Shown here piece by piece: positions 1 through 13,000 of a stretch of DNA of 64,000 nt. The stretch spans positions 24,490,001 through 24,554,000 of the forward strand of contig NC_087261.1 of the NCBI RefSeq assembly GCF_037042905.1. The letters run 5' to 3'. A program made the translations under genes and the position numbers. The DNA is from Lytechinus pictus (taxonomy: Eukaryota). Within the stretch, counting starts at the first letter, position 1. Each line of letters begins with the position of its first letter. The notes under the pieces are model-generated. The model ran no database searches, was not told the origin of the DNA, and saw only the letters and a list, made by a program, of their open reading frames with translations.

Positions 1-2769
1 TTAGAAGTCTGAGGGGAAATTTGTGAAATATAAAGACAAGAACCAAATCATGGGCGGCGATACAGGGAATTTTAACTTTTTAGAACACCGTGACCCTAGG
101 AGAGGGTCACCCCCCCCCCCTTCCGCCCCGGCCGCCACCACCCCCTCCGTGAAAATCAAATGAAATAGACCCTGCTCACAAATTATTCATTCAAACATAT
201 CGAATTATACTGAAATATTTTATAGTTAATGATAGCATCGTATTTGTCACCAGATAAACTGAAAACGTTTCATATCAATATCACATCACGATTTCTTATT
301 ATGTTTTACATTATAATCCAACTTATACCTACTTGATTAAGCGAATCATTATCATTTGTATTCAAAATCAAATAATTTGTTTACCCAAACTGCAGTAAAA
401 TGCAAATCCATAAACATAACACATTATAATCAATGCAATATGATATAGATGTAACAATAAAAAGAAGGACGAGAAAAATGTGTATAGAGAAATCTTGACT
501 CCAAGAAATCATTATTGACTTGTCGATTCTGAAGCAACCTAACCAAGCACCACCCAACATATTATTATCTCATTTCAATTTCAATTTTAGACAATTTAAA
601 TTGAAGATAACTTACCAATATTTGATCTTCACGACGGTATATTTCGCAGTTGAAACCGCACGACGTAAAATACATCTAGGTTCACGATGTAATTGTGGTT
701 ACAGTTAGCATATAATTCACTTCTTTGAGGAACAGTTCAAGCATGATAATGATCAGTTTCATTTCGATATTCCAAACATTAATTTTCTTCGCATTTTGGT
801 ATTTTCTCGGTATATAAACCTGGGTTGAACCCCTATCAGGTTACCCTCATAAAATGGCAGACAGTTGAACAACACATTACATACTGATAAATTTGCAATC
901 CAACAGCGATGAACTTTAAGAGAACACCCCTATTTCGAATGATTATTCTTATCAGGAAATAGACTTCGTACAAAAAACAACATCAACACAGGATTATTCT
1001 GTTCTGAGACGCGTTCTGTTCCGCAGTTGTCAGTATAGCTCGTGATTTTGGGGTATTATTTATTTAACGTCCTTGTATGAGTTGATGCCATCATTAAGCG
1101 TATCACTATGTATACAATGATTCGGCAATTAGTAGCGTAATATAGAGGTACGCAACTCGTACGAAATACATTCAACTAGTCGTGTCAAACGAAGGTTATT
1201 TTAATCTCAGGGGCCGCGGAAGCGAGGGGGGGGGAGGGGGGCTTCAGCCCCGGCCCCCACTTTTTATTCCAAAACCGTGTGCAATAACGTACAAATGGCC
1301 ATATGATTGTGATTTTTTTGCATGGTCAGCCCCCCCCCCCACTTTTGAAACCCTGCATCTGTTACGTACTAACGTAATATAAACAGTACTAGTTTGTTAA
1401 AAAATAATAGAATAAATTAAAACGCGTATTTAGATGTATAGGCGAGGGGGGGGGGGCACTGATATGTTGGATGTAAAAGAAAACTTGTACTCACGTTAAC
1501 CAGGGAGTTGGGAATGCTGACCCCTTTCGGTGTTTTTTGTGGGAGGGTTAGTGGGTGTGTGTGTGTGTGGGGGGTAAATTATTCAGCCCTCGAAATTAAG
1601 ATGTGGGCCTTTAAACTGTCAAATGTCTGAGTATTACAAACATTCAAATGGCGAGCTTATGACCGAAAGGCTGTGCTGGGTAGTTTCCTCTACCAGTCTG
1701 TACCAGTCGTTTATTTGTGTGTTTGTGTGAGGTTTGTGGTGGATTCTAGCATTTTGAACTTCATTAATTATGCAAATTTATTGAAAATTGATAAAAGTGC
1801 AAGCTGTCCTCTTTTTATTTTTTATCTTTTTATTATATTGCTGTTCGTTTATTTGAGATATTTTTGTATAGAAATGACTGTAGTTCAGAAAACCTCTTAA
1901 CGCAGACATTTGTAAAGCCCCCCCCCCCCCCCGTACCATATTCCACTACCGCTCCAACCGCGAACGCAGACTGTCGTCACAAGCCAGCTACTCGCATGAA
2001 GACCTTCACAATATCAAAACTATGAAAACCCATGACTCCCTTAATTTTGTAAGGGCTTTTCGCCAGATCTTTATTCATTCACAGGTTTCTCTTCTTTTCT
2101 GCTTTTATTAAAACCGATTTATTTCAACACAGCAGTAACTGTTCATCAATACCGAATACGCTGTTTTTTGGATAGGTCCCTGTATAAAGAAAAATACAAA
2201 CATTTAACAACGAAAGATATACACAAGAACATAAAACAAAGTTCCCAATAAATGTAACAAAAAATGCTATAAACGCATGCAAAACGGAACGGGTTTAAAA
2301 GTGTGGGGGGGGGGGGGGTTGAACTGACTGTACAAAAAAAATCACAATCAGATGGTCATTTTTATGTTTTTGTACACGATTTTTGAAAAATTAAAAATGG
2401 GGACTGAAGGCCCCCGCCCCGTTTCCACGGCCCCTGCAAAATAAAAAGGTTTGATATCCTCAAAACATTGCAAAAGAACCAATTTGTTTTCGTCCTCTAT
2501 ACTCGGAACAATTGTGATTCATAGTTACGACTGTAACTATTCATCAATACCTAATACGCTGTTTTCGATATGTCCGCGCATAAATCAAATACAAACATTA
2601 ACAACGAAATATAGACACAAGAACATAAACATTGCTTATGGTATAAAGATGAAAATAGATAAATATATTAAGTATGAATCCATCAAAAATAAAATAAATA
2701 AGAAAAGAAACATAAATATATAAGAAACATATATATACACAAATATAAAGATATATATATATAAAAAAC

Positions 2770-2807
<38 letters not shown>

Positions 2808-3164
2808 ATATATACATATATATATATGTGTGTGTGTGAGGTGGTGTGTGTAATTTCATAAACACCTACAATAAACAAAACCAATCAAATATAGATAACT
2901 GTTAGATGAATTAGAAGATAAATGTACATAACATGACAAAGCAGGAACAAGTCAAAAATACACAAAAAGCTCAATTATGTTGTGGCAGACAAAATACTAT
3001 ACATAAATCTGAGAAAAGGGATTGAAGTTCGCGTTCCAATCCCATGCAAAGTAGGCTTCTATTTAAGACGTCCTTGTTTTACTCAATCTTGTCAATACAA
3101 ATCAGTTCAATCCATCAAACAGTATGGATCTCGGTTCCGGTGTCTTCCAAATCACCGATAATGT

Positions 3165-4092
3165 TCATGATATTACGTATTTATCATACATTGCATTGGA
3201 GTACGAATTCTTTTTAAAGTCCTGAATTTTCTTTCTTTTAGGAGCCACTTTGGGCTTCATTCCATTGTGTTTTGGTTGTACTTTCCTGTGACCAACGACG
3301 TATGTATCAGCTGCACCTCGTCCACCCTCATTGACGCGTTCATTCGCCGTTTCGTCCACCCGTTCGTTGTTGCCTTCTGAGGTCATTACCTCATAGAGAG
3401 TTTCAATGGTTTGGACTTGTCGACCAGTCTTTTCGTCTGATGAATGATTATTTATAAGATTGACATACGTGTGTTTCTTCAGATCTAACTCATTGTCATT
3501 CGTTACGGCGCCCGGCGGCATTCGAGGTTCGTTCCCTTTTGAGGTTTTAGTCGCGCTTGCGCCCATCGGGAGGTATGTATGGTAGGTGTTTGCGTCCCTC
3601 GCCTTTCGATTATTTTCGATTTTGGTCATATAAAGTGGTTTATTGGCCAAAACATTCAGATCGACGTCAGGCTCGGCTACGGAAGCCTCCTCGAGGTTGG
3701 CGTAGTCATTCACCGATTCGCTGATCGACGTGGCGTAGTCATGTTCAATCTGGCAGTACCCGACGGTGTCGTGTCGCGTCGGGTTCTCAGTGGCAACGGT
3801 GTAGTGATGGTGAGATAAGCCGGGTGATGGTGGGTTACCCGTCGGCATGGCTTGGCCGACTGCGTCGTAATCATCCTCGTCACCGTTGTCGAGCTCGAGG
3901 TAACCAGAATCCGATCCATTAGGAACATCGGCCAGACTACCGCTAGAGACCTGTACCATTAGGATGCCGAGTGACGGTGAGTCTGGGGGTCTACCACGGG
4001 TATGAGCAGGGGAACGGATATCTTCTGTGTCTGGTGTGGTATACAGATGAGAAAGAACTTCGCGCCCTGACTCCATAGGTTTCTTTCTGCGT
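3165..4092 (-). CDS. Gene A exon 7: entire cytoplasmic tail with tyrosine motifs
   Basis: Acceptor TTTTTCAG gives an RRRKK stop-transfer sequence; 308 aa, apparently disordered, with YLEL, YDAV, YCQI, YANL, YLPM, YVNL, YEVM. Confidence 0.9.
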
Positions 4093-7000
4093 CTGAAAAA
4101 AAAATCAACCATAAAATTGAAGAACGAATAAATCAAAACAAATTTCTTGTTCGATTGACGGATTATAAAATAAGTCACCAAAATAAAACAAACATAAAAT
4201 GGAAAAGTCAAAATAAGCTGCCCATTGCAATGGCAGTCCGTGGAGTTTGTCATTGAACATTATTCCCTGGCTGGGCAGCTAGTTTCGCCAATATTCGTCA
4301 GCCAAGGTTCTTAAAATAGATGTCGGTACCATCGAGATGTTTGCCAGAAACCCCCATCAAATACCCCAGTCAGCTCATGGATGTCTGCGAAAGGTACTAG
4401 GGAGCTTTTGCTTCCAAGACGCACGACGTATTCACAAACATAGAAAATGTATTGTCAAACGCTCTTCATGACAATGAACAACCAAGAAGTCTTTGTCGAA
4501 AATTGGTGAATCAACACAGCAGTTTAATAATAATAATAATAATCCGCATTTATATAGCGCTTAACACATCGGAACGACGTCTCTAAGCGCTTTACAGATA
4601 TATTATTACCCCGGTCATCGGATCCTTGCATGCCCGCATACAATGTATGCACCTTCTCCACTCCCTGGGGAGCATTCCAACAAGAGTTCCAAGACTCAAT
4701 TGCTAGGCATACTACATAGGCTTTCGCATCCTACCGGGTACCCATTTAACACCTGGGTGGAGAGTGGCAAATTGTGGATTGACGCCTTGCCAAAGGACGC
4801 TAGGCCATGGTGGGATTCGAACACACGACTCTCTGATTACAAGGCGAGAGTCAGAACCGCTACACCACGGCGTTTCGTCCTGGACTCTTGACAAACGACA
4901 TATGTGCAATTTTTTGTCAGCTCCGAAACTGCTGTTCCGGTTCACCAATTTTCGACAAAGACCTCCAAGCTGTTCATTGTAATTAATCGGGTATTTTCAA
5001 TATATTTGCTGTGTTTTTTGATATTAAAGTTGAGGGTAATGGCATCTATTTTGTCCAATCTTAACCCACCCCTCAGTCAGACATGTGCGCAAATGTTTAT
5101 AACAAATATATCAGTGGATCGGCGTTATTAAAACCAAGAAGATATTGGGGCAACTAGCAAATTTGAAACACAAAACTTTGATACCCACTTCTGATCGGCC
5201 AAATATCAAGAGTATTTTTTTCTTCGGCATCAAACGCGTTCAAAAGTAAAGATTCGATCACTGGTCCAGAACGCATATATTGTACATTATTAGAATTTCT
5301 GTCGCTGAAACAAAATGACAATTCAGATTTTGTTCACTTTGTCCATTCTCGGTGTTTTCTTTTAAACTTACTTAATAGTACGAATAGGGGGGGGGGGTCC
5401 TACAAAGTTGAATTTCAATCTGAATATGTATATCACTCAGAATTTGTTCTATCACCAGCAGTAGCATAATTAGTCACAATTTTGAGGGAGCCAATAGTGG
5501 CATAGGGGGCAAACATTTCTAATAAGCTGCGAGCGCGCAAAAGTGTTGGCCTGGGGTCCGTTGCAGAAAGAGTTGCGTTTAAACGCAAGTCAAAATATCA
5601 ATCGCAAGTCCCAAATGCGCGCTGTTGATTGGTTAAAAATCAAGTTGCGCATGATTTTTGAAGTTGCGTTTGATTGCAACTTTTTCTGCAACGGGCCCCT
5701 GGTCTTGTTAATACATACATTCAAATATTGCAATGTGTTTTTTACATAAAATTTAGAAAATGAAAGCATATTTCATTATTGTCCTTTTCTTTATTTTTTA
5801 ACATGAAATTTAGACAATGAAAGCATATTTCATTCTTTTCCTTTCCTTTATTTTTTTTCTTGACATTGAAAATTTTGAGGTTCCATGCCCCAGCCTCCCC
5901 CCCCCCCCACCCACTCCTTCATCTGCACGCCAGTAATCACCAGACTGATAACATACCTCCGAACACAGTAACAGGAAATGGTCAGCGTTGAAACCAGGAT
6001 AAGCAAGACTGCGACACCGATACCAGAGAGCATCGGGATCATGAATCCATCTGAGATGAATCAAAATTNNNNNNNNNNNNNNNNNNNNNNNNNNNNNNNN
6101 NNNNNNNNNNNNNNNNNNNNNNNNNNNNNNNNNNNNNNNNNNNNNNNNNNNNNNNNNNNNNNNNNNNNNNNNNNNNNNNNNNNNNNNNNNNNNNNNNNNN
6201 NNNNNNNNNNAGGGTAACCACTTAAGTTCCGAAAAATGTTCTCCCAGCGGGCCCTGCTATTATTATTGGGCCAAGCTAGGCTTCCTATTCAGGTGCACAC
6301 AACTTTTTGAGGAATTACTTCCTGCCAGTACCCATTTACCTCACCTGGGTCGAGCGCAGCACACTGTGGATGAATTCATCATAGATGACATTGGCAAAAG
6401 TAAAATATAACTTGCATACTAGAAGGCATAGGATGTTGATTCGTCTGTTGTTTTCGATAGATATTTGACTCAGGCATCATGTGGGTGGGGTGGGGGGCTA
6501 AAGAGAACTTTAAATTTGTGATACCACCTCATAGGTACGCTCGAGAGTTGATGGACGTTTTCCTCCTCTACCTTGGTTATATTGCGGAGGTGTTTACTGA
6601 CATAATCAATACTCCAATTTCTGGTTTCGGCCGATTCTTTCTTCAAGTATCTCTTTATGTCTCTTAATTTTTTAAGGGTAGACCTAATAATGGCATAGGC
6701 CTATAAACAGTTAATTAACATCATCGTGTGAGGCGTGGGGATTATGGGCCTACATAATATAATTTCTTCACGATCTTTTTGTAGAACAGGTTGTTTCTAT
6801 AGGGGCGATTCCATGCTAGAAAAATCAGCCATTTTCACAACATTTTTCAACCTGCTGTCCAAACAAACGAAGAACTTTAATTTGCTTTGTGGTGATATTA
6901 AAGTACTACTGGGTAGACATGCAAGAAACTGACAACGAACAAAAATATGTTGTCCGTATAGGTGAATTAGAGCTTAAAATGTTGCGTGTCGTACGGGACA

Positions 7001-10000
7001 TTTCTGCGTCCCTTACGACACACAACATTTTCACCTATAATTTACCCATAATCATTTGTTTGTGTTGGTTATTAGTTTTTCACATGACTACCCACTATAG
7101 CTTTAGTATTGAAAAAAAAAGAGAATATTTCATTGCTCAAGCATTCGGCTATAGGAAACTAAAAGTTGTCAAATATCCCGTACGACACGTATGGAATCGC
7201 CCAAACATTAAAGCTTCTCTTTTGTAAAACGATACATGTAATGAATTTGCAATAAAACTGTTTGCATACAGGTTTAATTCAGAGTAGATGAATATACAAA
7301 GGGACTTTACTTGAATCATTGTTATCCGTAGATGATCCGTCTGTGTCGGGAAAACTCTCAGAAGATTCTAACTTCGGAATAGGGGTGACTATGTTCTCTG
7401 AAAAGACAAATGAAAAAAAATAGTAATGTATACAGGAGAAAGAAAAAAAAATCGCACACGTGTGTTACGCTATTCATAGAACAATTAGGCCTACACAGCA
7501 TAGCTCAGCATTAAAACGGCTTTTTTTAACATAATAATTAAAGCTATTTATTCACTGTTCCTTTTTCATTACATCGGAATGGGCATTTCTAGCAGTTCTG
7601 ACAGGTATATAGGCCTGTATTTTTGGCCAGTGTGTTCAGAATGATTAGTTTCATTGGTTTTAATGATTTTTTAAATGCCCAAATGGGACATTTGTTTCTG
7701 TGTTTCTGACAGAATAACCAAGTGATCGCGAAACTCACCTCTTTCAATGGCACTAACTCGAAACCAAAAGCCTTGGTACTCCACGCTGTAATCGGATTCG
7801 AACCGAATCGTAACCGATTCGTTCACCGGATATTCGACAGAAAACCCTCGCGGAGCCAAACTCCCGGTTAAAACTAGGACATCGTCTTTCGCTGAGGTAG
7901 TGCCGATTTCAACAATGTCGTGCTTGGATTCAAGATGAGAGGAGATGACGTCGACGCGAATCGATTTGTTGATTGGTGGATTCAGATACCACGTGATGTT
8001 TTGATGCTCTGGATAAGGGGAGGGGTAATTTTCCGACGCGATGTTGATTGGGGAGGTGATATTAATTTGTTGTTCTCCGAGTTCTACCTGAAATTCTGAA
8101 AAAAGGAGAAGAAAAGATAAAGAGGGCAATTGATTGTTAGTAATTTTGTTTTTCACAAGAACAATGAGATCAACTATTTGAAATTATTAGTAATGACATC
8201 TCTTCTCGAAAAACGGGACCAGCTTCTAACGTGAATGCCTCGTTATTATATTGACTATTCGCTCTACATTATGCCCATTTTTCGGCTTATGGTTTCTGTA
8301 AAGAAAAATGTATAAATTGTAAAAACACCAATTATAATAAAAGTAATTTTTTAACACATACCTTCAAATTGGTCCGGTCCTGCAATTATATCGATCAGAA
8401 AACCGCGGAATGCTTTTGAATTATCGGTCTGAAACCTCAACCAAATTTTGTTATAACCGGGTACGATTAGGTCCGTCGGCAAATCGGTTTTGTTGTAATG
8501 ACTCGTGATAAATGCCAAATGGTTTCTTCGGTCACTGTAATCCGATCCTACTCCAATGGTGATCTTATCGTATCGGTTTTCAATATTTATATCCTTGAAC
8601 CGGAAAGTAACCGATTGCTGGGAGGGCGCTGAAATTCTCCAGATGATATCGGCGTAATTCGGATAGTCGTGAGGATATCCGGGCGATGAAATTTCGGCAG
8701 TTTGGGTGTCCGAAAGGACGACATCTCTCTCATGATGAATAGCTGAAACAGAATCAGGAAAATTACGACTTTCAGGGTTTTATACTTCCGGCATTTTTTA
8801 TTTCTTATGTTCTTCTTCATTAATATCAAACCATTTACTGTGAAACAAGCCTATAAATGTCCGTTTAAATGAAATAAGTTAGAGCATTTTGATTATGAAA
8901 TGAACAAATTTGCAGATATTCATGTTAGGATCTCCTGAATTAATAGATAGAAGGGACTAACGTGCTCGACTTTATTTTAACGATTATGAGCAGTTTTACA
9001 AGTATAAGGAGCAATGGCGGTAATTTGGATGAAATAGGTAAGGAACTCAACGGGGACTTCACGAGGACGTGCATTGGGGACAGAAAAGTCCGTATGCTTT
9101 TATGGGTGAAGAAAAGGGTTATCGTTGGCAAGAACTAACGTCATTAGACTCCGAAGAATACATAACAAGCAAATTTATAAATACTTTGAGATGCAATGCC
9201 AGGTGTAAATTTCATAAGGTCAGAATTTATACATAATTTATATATTTTTGAAGAGGTGTTGTGGCTCAGTTGATAAGTCTCCGGAGTCCGGACCTTTCAA
9301 GATCCGGGGTTCAAATCCAACCTCACATTTTGCCACTCTCCACCCAGGTGTAGTAAATGGGTACCAGGTAGGAAGGAATTCCTTGAATGCTCGAGCGTCC
9401 GATCAGGATAGCCGTGCTCAGGGGCGGAAATCTCTCCCAAAAGGTAGGGGGGACACAGGGGCGGATCCAGCCTTCGCCAATAGGGGGGGGGGGCGGAAAT
9501 TTGTTTCAGCCATATTTTCTCCGATCGGCAGCTCGAAGATGATTTGTGTTTGTTTCTTTGAAGGGGTAGTCCTCATTAGTCACTTCTTAGCTTTATTCTT
9601 ATAAATTCATAAATAATATCATAATCCTTATTATATGATGCGACCGCGAAGCACGAGCTATTTTTTTGGAAATGTTATGTATTTTTACCCAAAATTTGAA
9701 CATTCTGGGCAATGTTTGTTATCCTGAAAAAATGAGTATGCAACTTAATAATTACTACGAACGCAAAGCGCGAGCAGAAATGAACTGATGAAAAAGATAC
9801 CTGTTAAAGACTGCGTGCAGTTAGCATTTAACAATCAAATAATGCGAGCGCGAGCTGAATTTTTTTTAACATTTTCACCTAAAGAATGGAAATTCTAAGC
9901 ACTTTTTGTAACTCAAGCAGAATAGGTATATAAGTAGACAATTGATGCGAGCGCGAAGCGCGAGCGGAATATTTCGAGATTTAGTCCTATAATATTTACT

Positions 10001-13000
10001 GAACGAGACACTCTTGACTATTCATGTTTTGTAAATCATAAAAAGGATGAGTATTAATAATGCGCGCGCAAAGCGCGAGCAGAAAATTTTTATATACGTT
10101 TTGAACTGGTACCTGTTGAAAAGGTACCTGTTAAGGACTGCTTGCACTTAGCCATGAAGGCGTAACATATTTCAACAATCAAAAAATGCGAGCGCGAAGC
10201 GCGAGCTGAAAATTTTTGAAAATTTCTAAAGAAAGAATGGAAATTTTTAATCAATTTTTGTAATCGTGAACAGGATAGCTATATAATTCAACAATTGATG
10301 CGAGCGCGAAGCGCGAGCAGAAAATAAATCGAGATTTAGACCTAAAAATGGGCCACTCTGTTCATGTTTTTTAAACAGCCATAGGCTGATCGAGGGCTTT
10401 TTACCGTGTTTAAATGAATAAATCAATCAAAATCAATGTTTTGTAAATCATGAAAAGGATGAGTAATAGGGGGTCTTCCTACATTAATAATGCGAGCACA
10501 AAGCGCGAGCAGAAAAATTTTGATTTTGATTTTGATTTTGTGATCTGAAACTGGATAATGATTTAAATAGAGAACAAGTTTAGTATTTGAATGAACATGC
10601 GCGCGTGTTTCATATTAAGACATAAACTTTCATATATTCCGATCTGAAAAAAAGAGTCAATTACAGCTTTATATTTCAAGCACTTTGTAGGAAAATTGTA
10701 AGGTGGATATGGATCTCACTTTAAAAAAAGAGCTAAAATTTTCATTATTATTACTTTGAGTTTTGACATAGGAACGGGACATCCTTACGACATGTAGTCA
10801 TCATATGATGACTATCTTCCTATTCCTCTTGCTAAGCGCGAGATGAAACAAAAGGGATAATTTAATTATTAAATTAATATCATATTTATTAATGCCTAAT
10901 GAGGGCGCGAAATCTGATGATATTATGGCATAAAAACTGGACATTTCACTTTTGTAAATATGAATAGGATGCATCAGTTAATATATTTTTAACCATTAAT
11001 GCGAGCGCTAATCGCGAGCTAAATTTTTTGATAAATTGTCATGAAAAGGAGATTTTAAGTAGTTTGTTGTATAATCAATATTGAAACATACATAACTCGC
11101 CAATCAAAATGACAGCGTGCAGCGCTAGCTGATACGTCTTGACAATCAGACCTGAAATGGGATATTTTGAAAACTTTATGGAATACACGAAAATAATACG
11201 TACCTGATAAATGAAAATTTGGAAGCGCGCAGTGCAAGCAGCAAATGTTGATAAAATTAAACTGATATTTTTACAAAGCACTTTTAAAAAATAAATTTGT
11301 AAATTACAAACAATAATGAAAGTTCGATTTCCGAGGTGAAATATGTTTTGTATATTGACTTCCAAACTTGATATTTGAGCTCCATATTGAATTGGATATT
11401 GGATCCGCCTATGGGGACAAGGGGCGGGAATATTTGACAAGCAAAAAAAGGTTATCATCCCAAAAGTACGGTCATCTCGTCCCAAAATACATGTTTTATT
11501 TCGATTTAGAATGATGTATTTCTTACCATCATAGAAGACAAAAAATAGTAGGGGGGACATTTGATATTGTGTCCCCCCTACTATTTTGAGTAGGGGGGAC
11601 ACGTCCCCCCTGTCCCCCCTGGGATTTACGCCCATGACGGTAATAGTATGCAGCGCTTAGAAACATTTGTGTTAAGCGCTATATAAATGTTGCATGTTAT
11701 TACTATTAACATTATTAAAATTATTAATATTATCATTATACAAAAATTAGAGTATGATTTCGAAAAGCTAAAATATTCGCTCGCTTCGACTGCTCGCGAC
11801 TTTTTTTATAGAAAATTTGACCCGCTTTCATCGTCATTTTTTAAAATGTTTTGTGTGGCCGTAATTACGCCATGATTTCAATGTAAAATGCAACTATAAA
11901 CATGATCATTCCAATCGCTATAGGCAGGCTTATATTGCTTTGGCCTACAGAATGCTGATCTCATCAAATCTACAATATTTGTTGCAATCTGATTGGTTGT
12001 TGTTTCTTCCATTAAATCGTTCAAGGAGAAACAACAAACAATCGGTCAAGGTGTGTATGGGTATCTTATCAGTGTAATGACTGTATTCCACCTGTCTGTG
12101 GTGGTAGGCAAGCACTGTTTTAATGCAAACTTATTATGGGACAGTCACACCCCCGAACCGACTGCAAACCGAACGATAGTATGTCATTGGTATTAACGTA
12201 ATAGCTCTGGTCGGTCTGGAGTCCGTTTCGCAGGTGCGACAGTATCTTGACTCATAGGTCTCTGTCACACGAAGTGAATCGATGTATCACATCCATGGCT
12301 CTGAGAAGCGGGGTGCTGCGTGTGTTATACACCACAGGCAGCACCCCATGGAAATCGTGTTAGTATGCTAAAAAGTAGAAATTTAACCAAAATCACCTTA
12401 ATTTTGTCACATTCTTCTTCCAAACCAGCACCTTCTATCCCCCCCCAAAAAAAAAAAAAAAAAAATCGTTCTCTGGGTCCTCAGCACATCAATTAGAAAC
12501 CAATCATAAGATCACAGAATACCGAATGAATTCGAGGCCTTTATCAATTTCAAGCTCTAAGCTTCGGATGGAGGTCTCCCACATTTCAAAATGTATTATG
12601 TCGACATATGTATATATAAATTTATCTGCTATTTCTTTAATGATATTAAAAAGAACAAAATTTATTAGGTATAAATATATTTCAATTAGATTGTTAGAAT
12701 TTCTTTTTTCACATGTTATTCATTATGTCATTTGCTTATTGCTATGTTATGCTGAGAAAAAGTTACACTTGTATATACTTTAGTTATTGGAATGTGGAAA
12801 TAAATAAATCAAATCAAATCAAATATAAATCGGTTTCGATCGGAATTAATAGTTCAATTACTTCACAATGTGACCGGGTATTTAGCGGTGCATCTTCCTG
12901 CTATTAAGCTACACATGGTTTCCTGTGTGAATAGTGCTGCAACCGAACGATAATAATAAAAGAGTTTAATGTGAGTTCACAATTTCCAGGTAGTGACAAA

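Noticed and set aside
4093-4253. Hydrophobic N-terminus of the 362-aa ORF as a signal or TM segment
   Set aside because: Intronic polypyrimidine read-through; the real acceptor is at 4093 and the TM is on exon 6050-5957.
9635-11240. CRISPR-like repeat-spacer array
   Set aside because: Eukaryotic intron, irregular and mutually related spacers, bounded by TIRs and a TSD, no cas genes.
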